From Craspedostauros australis (lineage: Eukaryota): a stretch of DNA of 48,276 nt. A model generated the notes under the pieces. The model was not told the DNA's origin and did not search any database. It saw only the letters and a list, made by a program, of their open reading frames with translations. Location: assembly GCA_030167865.1 (NCBI GenBank), contig JALAGF010000174.1, positions 1 through 48,276 on the forward strand. Reading direction: 5' to 3'. Position numbers and translations under genes: made by a program. Numbering within the stretch: position 1 is the first letter of the stretch; every line of letters begins with the position of its first letter. Of the stretch, positions 1-9,338 are shown in pieces.

Positions 1-364
1 GTACTACTAGCAACATCGTGAGAAGACGTAATTCACAACACGGGGTATCGCGGTGTTTTGTTCATTGACTTTTGCAAATCTTCTTCACGCAGTAACACGC
101 ACATTTGTCGTGTTGTCTCCGTGTTAATTTTACTTGCAATTGCATGAGATCATGTCATGCCTCTTTCATGCTCACAGTTCTCAAGAATCCATCTTGTGAG
201 CTCGCCCGCATTCCTACTACCATACGAATAACACAGTAAACAAACACTCTCCTCACCAACAACAACAACTTGATCACTCTACGTTCTCGGTGCGGTATCT
301 TCAAACCCATCTACGATTACGTTCTAACACAAATCGAGGCTTGTAACATGGATACATATTCAGT

Positions 365-900
365 CCCTTTCCACGCAAGCCATCCTTTTGGTTGAAACAG
401 CGTTTATCACTGACACAGGTGCGTTCCTATTCATACAAGCCCTCCATTTAGTTCCAACAGCGTTCATGACAGGCACAGATTCGTTCTTGTCCATACAAGC
501 CATCCATTTGGTTCAAAGAGCGTTCATCGCTGACACAGATTTGGTCTTATCATGCCATTCATATGGATGAAACTGTGCCTATGACATAGACATAGGTGCA
601 TATCTGCCATTATGTGCCTGCCATAAAGCAATAATGGTGGCTATGGCGCAGACTCAGATGCATTTCTCACCCTTATGCGCTAGCCATAAGGCCAAAATGA
701 GGCTTACCACATAGACACAATTTTGTTTTGTCCCCACAGCAGTTTTCCATAAGACGGAAATAGCGCTTTCGAAACCAGCCATAGACCCGTTTCTGACATA
801 TCGAAGCCATCCATAAGGCCCAAACAGTACTTATCTTATTATCCATAGAGGCGTTTTTGACACTGTGGAGCCATCATAAGACTGAATTGGATCTTACGAC
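365..900. repeat. Degenerate tandem array of ~9 units, period 60-64 bp
   Basis: The lines starting at 361, 421 and 481 align at a 60 bp period. A GACACAGAT-like word recurs at 412, 472, 532, 589, 651, 714 and 778. A CCAT(A/T)AG-like word recurs at 444, 504, 621, 684, 747, 811 and 874. Confidence 0.75.
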
Positions 901-1136
901 TACTTCGAATCAATATGAAGCATTATGCGAATCCAATGTGACCAACACGCCGTATTTGTAAGGCCAATACATGCCTTATCACACAGGCATCAATTGGAGT
1001 GCTTCATGACACCAACGAACACACATCCATTGCGCCAAACACTGCTGCTCTCTCGCAGATGCGCTTCAATGGAGCCTTGAGTTGAGCAGAGGCGCCCTTT
1101 GTCACATAAATTGGGAAACACAACCAACCACCGACC

Positions 1137-4100
1137 ATGACGCCACCAAGGAAACGGGCCCCTCGCTTCTTGAAAAAGGGCGTCACTGTCAAGCTCCTCA
1201 TCCGCGAGCTGGCAGCTGATCACACTTTGTGGATGTGGGAACCACGCCACATCCGAGACAAGTATCCAACCCTCGCAAAGTATCCAGCAAAGAACTTCAA
1301 CAAAGGGTATGTGACACTCAAGAAAACGCTCGTGAAGAACAAGATCTTCTTTGGTAAGTCAACTCCAATGGGCAATGTGTGGGCCCGACCACTCAATGGG
1401 CACATTCATTTGGGGGTGGTGGCGATCACCCTGTTGCATTTCTTGTCCTCAAGCTTTGCTTTGATCATGCTGCACAAACACATCACAACTCACAAGCAAC
1501 CACTCGATCTCTTCATCTGTCTGCTTTTGTGAGCGTTTTGGCAGCAAATGGACACTTCAATCCAGACGCATCAGGTAACTTGGGCATGCATCTTCGCCCC
1601 ATCGATGAGCCAGAGGGCTTTGACAACACAAAGCCCTCGAAATTCCCTTCGGCAAAGACCGTCGCAGAAACCACAACAACACCCACAATGACAGCACTCT
1701 CCAAAAATGCTGCCACCAACACAGACAAGAGCTGCCATGGAGAAGGGGATCAAAACCCATCTTCGCAAATGGCATCGAACACCAATGGGTCGTTCCAAAA
1801 TGATGCCTTCCTCAACGATGATTGGGCCATGGGCGACTTTGGGGAGGAAGTTTCATCAGTGTTTGCTGGAGACACGGACTTCAATGATGACATTGAAGTT
1901 GTGGGCATGTCAGGCCCTCCACCATACAACTCACTCACGGCAAGATATGGGCATTTCTTTGACATGGCCGAGAACTCTCGCGTCGCCCAGTTCTCTTCCC
2001 TCCCAACATATGTGGACGTCTTTTACACTACACAATTGTGGAGGCCGAAGGGAGAGGCATTCCGGATGATCAGCATCGACTTCTACATGCCTGCAGCCAC
2101 CATCCCGGAGGATACGCAGCTGACCATCCAATATCGCGAAGTGGGTGGGGTGCCTCAGCCCTTTGTGGTGCTGAAGTATCGGCCTCCAGTGGCAATTGGA
2201 GCAGAGGGGGGTGTCGCAAAGGCCATTTGCAACTTTCAGGAGAACCGCTTCATCGACGCAGCACAGAAGGCACAAGCACATGACCTGCAAATGCAGAAGG
2301 CCGGTTTTGCAAAGGGGCACTGGTGCAAAATGCTTGTGCCAATGCCCTTTGCTATCGACACCATGTTCTGCCCATCCGCTTGCGGCACGCTGGGGGGCGT
2401 TGTCTGGCTCAATCATGTGATGCCAGACAACAATGGGCAACCACGTAAAGTCCTCATCTTGTCGACGAGGGTGAAGGAGAAGACAACGACTGTGGGAATG
2501 ACATGCAGGTTTTCAAAAATGCATTCGCTTGGTTTCAACTCAGGCCGATAATACCGGAACGCGAAAAAACAAAAACAACGATAACACTAGAACAAAACAA
2601 AACAAACACAACTCAAAAAGAACCAGTACTCAATGAACAACAATGTCCGGAAGGTAACCCTATGGCCACAACCCTTGCAACCCATGACCCCGATGGGCAG
2701 CCACATCGAACAACGCTTCCAATCGCCAACAACAATACAGAACCTCCACACCCTTGCAGCATGCAGCATGTTACATGGAGATGAGCAATCAGTGACAACG
2801 CAGGTGAGCAAGGTGTTGGAGGCCCAACTCGAATGACAGTTTGGGAGGGTGGCCGAACTTGAGCTGTGGGTGGCACCGCAACAGCAGGCTGCCAGAGAAA
2901 GGGCAGAGCTGAGACAGCAGGGACAGCTCAACAAGAGCTGTCCGGGAATGGTGGCGATTGACGGTACAGCGTCTTATCAGGCTGGCAGCAACCTTCCTGA
3001 TCGTGTCTTCAACAACATGGACGACCGCACCATGCCATATTTCATAAAGGGCCCAGGATCAGTCCAGCACCCAGCAATGATGCAGAATGGTGGGAATGGG
3101 AGGGGCAACATACAGTTGATGGATCCGCAGCAAGTCAGCACAGGGCGGGTCCTTCCATGCGGACGGGAGGAAGCAAGAAACAACTGGGCAGCCATCTCCA
3201 CATCCTTTGACACCAACAGAAGAATATCAGCAACAAGAACAGCTCAGATGTCTCCTCCACCATCACGAGTTGTGCATCCATCTGGAGGAATGATGGTCCT
3301 TGCAGACCAAGCCAACAACTGACAGAGGCAGCAGCGGTAGGAGCAGCAGCAGGAGCAGAAGCAACCAACCTTGCAACTGCAACAACCACCATCACAGCAG
3401 GGCCAGCAGCTGTGAATAAAAATTGGAATCCGGACGGAGAGATTGTGAGGCAATCCGCAGGCAGTGCAGGAGCTCAGATGACCAGTCAGAAGGCGCCAAA
3501 CCAACCTGAAGGCGGAGGGGATGGGCCAACAACCAACAATTCGTTGGTCGAAGATGTTGAAATAGTGCAGGACCCAACAGGACCATTGAATGCTGCAGAA
3601 GCATCACTGAATGTTAATGAGGCAACCAACATGACTGGACATGGAGAGAGACAGGGTGACGATGGAGGCAGTGACGGAAATGAGAATGACACAACAAACT
3701 AAGCAGCAACCGCGTGAGAAATAGAAGCACCTTTGAAGAATCTAGTGTGGATGTAGTGTGCTCGTGATAGTCCGAACAAATGAGGAAGTATGGAATGGTT
3801 GATTTGTACCATAACGAGAATGACATTGTGGAGGTGCTGGGAGAGTAGAAGGAAGCACGAGTCGACCACAACAGTGAGGAATGTCCGGACAACACACACA
3901 CAAACAGGCAACAGGGTGTAAAAGTAAAAAATGGAGCTTCCAGTGTGGGTTTTGGAAAAATCAAGACGGCTGAGCAAAGAACTGACAGGAGGAACACTCC
4001 AAGATAGCAAATTTGCAGTTCAAGTTTTGACTATTCACAGCCTGAATATAGAAGAAACCATGTTTGACTTATCACGGGAAAGGCTAAATTACCTTTCCCC

Positions 4101-4216
4101 CTTAACTGGTTGAAACCAACGGGCACATCAGATGCTGCTACTGGAGAAGAATTGAAGTGCGAAGTGAAATGAAGGCACCAAATGGAGATGAGTGATGCAA
4201 GGGTGTTATACCAATA
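1137..4216 (+). pseudogene. Decaying spliced ORF of unknown function, probably part of a repeat or transposable element
   Basis: Exon 1137-1353 (MTPPRKRAPRF...NKIFF, donor GTAAGT at 1354) splices in frame to 1545 (after TTGGCAG) into ORF 1379-2551. The same frame resumes at 2633-3322 across a TGA at 2834. Further fragments to ~4216 are broken by TGA/TAG stops and apparent frameshifts. CpG is visibly scarce compared with the genes downstream. Confidence 0.55.
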
Positions 4217-4489
4217 ATCCGACATACACACTATAGTGCACTATGTATGTAGGAGAACGCACAAGCAGATGGTGTCAAAAATGTAGGCCGAATTGTTAAA
4301 CTCTGCTCCTGGTGTGATTTCCTTTCTTGCTTGTGACTTGTTTGTGCCGTGTTGGTGCCGTTGGCGCAACGACAGCGCATTGGCAACCATGTCGCTGGTT
4401 TGGGAGCAGGTCCAAATATCAAAGATACGATCCACTGGCACAAAACGAGGCATGATACCTTGTGCGTGGGAAGTCGCTCATGCGTCGCC

Positions 4490-5746
4490 TCAGATGCCTC
4501 GAAGCTCGTCCATCCATTCGAGGTCTTCGACGATTTCCTCTTTCTCTTCCATCGCCTCGACAGCTTCCGCGTAGATAGTCTTCGCATCACGTGCATCCGA
4601 AAGACCCACCTGATGAGCACGAGCAATCGATGGTCTGGTGGCCTGCATGTATAGATCCGCAATCTCCTGCCCACGCTCATTGAGCGTCATGTCGCTCATG
4701 AAGCGCTCCATGTGCTGGCGTTCTTGCGTATCCATGACCACGTCGAGTGCCTGGATGGGGACGCGATCCTTCCGATTGACCTCGTTTGGGAGGAAGGCCT
4801 CCAGGCCGCGCAGGCACCCGTCCTCGCCGCTGCTGTCCTTCCCTTTGGCACTCCTGCAGCTGTTGCTCTTGCTTTTCTTCTTGCCAAGGAGATTGCGCTT
4901 GCTATCGCGTCGTCCGAAGCACACGCACTGGAAGACGTGGTGCCGACGTGATGGTGGTTCTGCATTGCCTGATGTCGCCAAGGCCCGGGCAGCCGCCTCT
5001 GCTTTCGCTGCTTTGTTGTAGCTGCGCGCGAAGCGCTTTGCCGCCGAATGGAACTCACGATAGTCCGTCTTGGTGTACCACAGGTTGGTCTTCTCTTCGT
5101 CCGTGTAGCCTTCCTGCGACGAGGTGATGATGTCCTCGATCAAGGCGAATGACACCTGCTTCCGCAGACGATGGGTGTGCGCGTGCGGTGACAGCGGAGG
5201 TGGTGGCAGAAATGCTCCCATCGCTGTGCCGCAGTGGGAATCGACCGTTGGCATGGAGTCGTCCAGCGATGCGCTGTTGGATGTTTCGCCGGACGTGGTT
5301 GCCGTAACGAAGGAAGAATTCCATGGGCAGACTGTGCAGTTCACGTCTCCGCATTCGCAGCCGCGATCGACATGGTCACAGCAGTCCGGACAAAACTGGA
5401 AGTCCCGCTGGCTGCCTTCCTCTTCCCTCTCCGGCTGCAGCAACAACTTTGGCAACTTGTGCTCCTGCTGGTGCTGGTGTGGGTGTGAATTTGGGCGTTC
5501 CTTCTGCTTCTGCTCCTGTTGCTGCTGTGGCAGAACGTACAGAGTTGGGTACTGCGGGTACTCTTGCTCTAGCTGCTGGTGCAGGATCTTCCTTCTGCGC
5601 TTGTTGACAGTCTGGGATCGCCTGCCCAAGCGCCTGATCTTCCTCCTGGCGCTGTCGCTCTTCTTGACCATCGGTGAGAGAGGAGAGAAGATATCATGGT
5701 GCTGCACTTCGTGCCTGCTATTCTTCTGCGATTGCGGGGCCATCAT
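4490..5746 (-). CDS. Diatom-type hypothetical protein (418 aa)
   Basis: Intact ORF with the motif series KQVSF...LWYTKTDY...CLRGLE...VMDTQERQ...IADLY...ARAHQVGLSDA, recognised as typical of an expanded uncharacterised diatom family. The N-terminus is Q-rich and has a Cys cluster. Confidence 0.75.
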   Translation of the reverse strand: MMAPQSQKNSRHEVQHHDIFSPLSPMVKKSDSARRKIRRLGRRSQTVNKRRRKILHQQLEQEYPQYPTLYVLPQQQQEQKQKERPNSHPHQHQQEHKLPKLLLQPEREEEGSQRDFQFCPDCCDHVDRGCECGDVNCTVCPWNSSFVTATTSGETSNSASLDDSMPTVDSHCGTAMGAFLPPPPLSPHAHTHRLRKQVSFALIEDIITSSQEGYTDEEKTNLWYTKTDYREFHSAAKRFARSYNKAAKAEAAARALATSGNAEPPSRRHHVFQCVCFGRRDSKRNLLGKKKSKSNSCRSAKGKDSSGEDGCLRGLEAFLPNEVNRKDRVPIQALDVVMDTQERQHMERFMSDMTLNERGQEIADLYMQATRPSIARAHQVGLSDARDAKTIYAEAVEAMEEKEEIVEDLEWMDELRGI

Positions 5747-7758
5747 GGTGCGAATGTGCCAGTATGTTTGTTGTATTTATGGTGGATTGGTTGGTTGCTC
5801 ACTTGGTTGCTCACTTAGTTGTTCACTTGGCTGCCTTGCCTTGACTGCGAGAAAGTGATACGGTGTGGAGCTGTTCCTGTGTCGTTGGGACGTTGCTTGA
5901 ATTTATGGCGGCTCCGGATGGGATGCGACTACTTCGCATCACTTGCATCCAAGGGTGCGATCGACTCTGTCCCTGGTTTGTGGTTGGGGCGCTGCTCTTC
6001 ACCCGGTTGCCACTGCGGTCCATGTCAGCAGTACGACGCAGTCAGTTCCGCGATTGTGGTTGTTGCAGAGAAGTTTGGCGATACCGGTTCTATCTCCTCG
6101 GAGGGAGTCGCCACGCCGCCATGTTATTCCATGCCATGCCAACTGTGTCTCCTTGGTTGTTGGCGGAGGAAGGCCCAACCAGGGCCAAAGCAGTACCTCA
6201 ACAGAATAGAGGAAGCCAGAATGCAAGATCCAGCTGGACATCATGATACGGCCGTTTGTCTCCTTTTGTGTCATCACCTTGCGTGGTGGGAGGGGCCATT
6301 TCCCATTCTTTTGTCATGTAATACCATCTACTGATGGCTCGTGTATGGGCTGCACTGGACGGGTAGGTCGGAGTCGCTCACTTTTTCTTCAGCCCCATGC
6401 CACCAGCGCAGTCGTGCGCGTTGTGAACTCCCAAGTGATACTTGGCATCAACCATCGTGACGAAGATCTCTCGTCCCAAATTCTTCCCTTGCGTGATGTG
6501 GATGCGAACGGGTCAACAGGCACGCGATTCTGTGTGCTCTTCTCCAGCGGAATCGGCCTCTCTGCTGTGCTATGCGATACTCTGCCATGCACACGTACTA
6601 TACTCTGTCATGCTCTCTCTGCGTGTACGGGCTGCACCACCTCCACAAGATCAACGCCAACGGCTCTGTGGAGAGATTTTCTCGTGTCCCTCACAGCAGA
6701 GCGGAGCCTGACTGCGCTATCAAGCATCGTTAATGTCAAGACCGCACGCAGATTCGGTCAAGACATCCTGAAATGTTACCGCGCGATTGGGACATTCTTC
6801 GGGATAACCGTATCACAGCGCTCAACGAGCAGTTGACACTTCAGTGATAGTTTCAACGTGAGTATGATACTTTGAAACGTTCGTGAAGCATGTCCAGGAG
6901 CAAAAGCTACTTTGGTTTAGTCCATTCTGCAATAGTGGTTTAGGGTACGACCTAATCTACGAGTGGTTGGCCCTCCACGATTCGCGCCTCAACTTCAGTG
7001 GCTCTCTGGAGACGCTTCTCCCATGATTGCACGGACAGAGGCAAGATATTCATCACCCTGCTCTCCTGCCCAATGCAGGCGCAGTGATGGCAACAGCAAC
7101 AGCAACAGCAGATGGAGACGGCCAAGATCGGTGGCTTCTCTTCAGTGTTGCCAGTCTCCCGGTCCCGTTGTCCCCAGAGAGTCCAAAGTTCTGAAAAACA
7201 CGACCAGCTCTGACATGATGTGGAGTCGCTGGAGCAGGGACGTTCCTGCATCGTCATTTGGCGAATGCCATCGTGAGATGTGCCCCAGGCCATTGCCGCG
7301 GGGAAGGAAAGTGGGGAGAGAGAGGATACGCGGAAGCTCACGGAGACGCTGTCTAAATTGAAGCAGACAGGGTCCTGCCGATGGTTGGTTGAAGATCACC
7401 ACCGCTCGCGACTGCCCAGAGTCGCTGCTCTCTCGTGGTTGGTTCGGCATCTCTTGATCACGCACAACGCCCACCTCGACGCCTGCTCAACATCCAAGGA
7501 CGGGAGATCATCATTCGGCGCGGCCCGTGCAGCGGACCTGTACTGTGGAATTGCATCGCCCAAGCCGGTTGGTGCATGTGCTGGTATGCATGGCCAGCAG
7601 AGTACCTAAGAGTACGACTATGTCTGACTGGAACATGAGAAATAGAGGGATCTTGGCCTCATTCCCCCTTGCGACTACCATGAACATGCGGTCGTCGATC
7701 ACTTCGAGACCCGCCATCCGTAGATCCAATCTCGCTTGCTGCTTCGCTGCATCGTGGT

Positions 7759-8914
7759 TCAATCTTCTTCGGCTTCCTTGCAAGGTACTGGCATGTATCT
7801 CCCGTACTCCTGTATTCTCTCCCACGCCATTTTGCTGGCATCTTCGGCGTCGCTGCCGCCGTCGGGCTTGCCTTTCACCCAGAGCTCCATTTCGATCTGT
7901 CGGAAGCACGCTGCGTACGCGCAACGTCGAAAGCCAAGCTTTGCTTCAAATAGCCGGATAGAACCCTCATTGTCATCGTTGATCTTGCAAAAGTAGCGCT
8001 CGACCTTGAGATGGGAGGCACCGTACACCAGCATGGTGCATGTTGCTCGTGTGCCAATGCCGTGGCGTTGGTGGGATTGTTCGGCAATCATGATGTCAAC
8101 TTCTGCCTGGATGCGTGGCGTAGCTGTGTTATTGTTGCTGCTGCTGTTTCGGTTGTTGTTGAGGTCACCGCCGTCTTCTGTGGCTTCCTCCTCCTGCTCC
8201 TCCACCTCCACCTCGCTGAGAAACAAATTCACATCTCCCACCATGCTCGCAAGATGATCAACGACAGAGAATGACATTCGTCTATCGTTGCCATCTCCAC
8301 CTTTCCCCTCAGAATCGTCGTTGGCAAGCACAATGAAGGTACACTTTTCAGGATCGTCCTTCCAATCTCGTTGCATCTCCACTTCCTTGTCGTACGACAG
8401 CGGTTCCGACCCCGTGGCTTCCAGCAACGCCGCGTCCTTCATCCATTCGTGATATTTCGGCACATGCTCTGGACCTGCGATCGTGCATCGTTGTGCGTTT
8501 GCATGGAATAGAGCATGGGGTACGTTGGGCAGTGATGGACGAATGCCATTATCGTATTGTCGCATTGTCGTGGCATGATTGGTTCGATGTGAGTTGCGGT
8601 CGTCGCAAGAAGTACTGTTTGGCAACACAGCAAAGAAATGGCCTCATTCCAGAGGTGCACCAAGAGGATGGAGGGCAGCGTGCCACACCAATACCATTCC
8701 CATCACCATGTGTCCACCAACACCAGCACCCTGATAGATGGAAATCAAAGTGGAAGAACAGCCCACAGAGACACAACAATGCGGTGGGACTGCGAGTGAA
8801 GTGGACAGAAGCACATCACACGATTCCAATCCCATGATAGCATGGGCTGAACGTACGGTATGGAACGAGGGTGCATCGTTCATTGACGAGGCATGTATTG
8901 TAGTTGTCCTTCAT
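7759..8914 (-). CDS. NAT9: N-acetyltransferase 9-like GNAT protein (2 exons: 8914-8857, 8474-7759; ~257 aa)
   Basis: Exon 1 MKDNYNTCLVNERCTLVPY joins through a GTACGT...GCAG intron (8856-8475) to give RPEHVPKYHEWM. It continues with ATGSEPLS, WKDDPEKCTFIV, MVGDVNLFL, AEVDIMIAE and SIRLFEAKLGF, all characteristic NAT9 motifs. Confidence 0.92.
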
Positions 8915-9338
8915 CGCTTGTGTATGATCTTGTATGTAACCTATCAAGGAGGATGGTCTGCGGTGTTGATGTTGATGCGCGAGTTGTGAGGAAGATGAAT
9001 GACAGCATCAACCAACAACAACCAATGACACGATCGCGGAAATCCAGATCGTTGTTGATTGCTACATTCGTCCGTCAACTCAAGGAAACGAACACCAACA
9101 AGGACTGTTCGACGTTCGAGCCGTTCGCGCATACTTAGCTCACCGAAGCAAGAGGTCGCCCCTGGCTCATAATCACTGCGATACACGTACGTGTATTCTT
9201 CTAACTGCACTGTATGTATGTACGTACGTTCTGCGCTCTGAGCGCAGCGCAACGCCAACTTGAATGCACATCAGTTGGAAAGGAAAGTACTATAGATGAA
9301 AGACAAATCCAGTGCTCTAACAGGATTCCTCGCAGCGT

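Noticed and set aside
388..570. 60 aa ORF with 20-residue repeats
   Set aside because: By-product of the 60-bp tandem repeat, with a non-ATG start.
365..900. CRISPR-like periodicity
   Set aside because: Whole units are similar to each other with no unique spacers, the repeats are degenerate, there are no cas genes and the context is eukaryotic.
4222..4250. Hairpin ACATACA...TGTATGT near the end of the CpG-poor island, considered as a Helitron 3' end
   Set aside because: The stem is short and AT-rich, there is no convincing downstream CTRR terminus, and no Rep/helicase is present.
8475..8628. ORF-track N-terminus of the NAT9-like protein
   Set aside because: This is intron read-through. The true first exon at 8914-8857 restores the conserved N-terminus.
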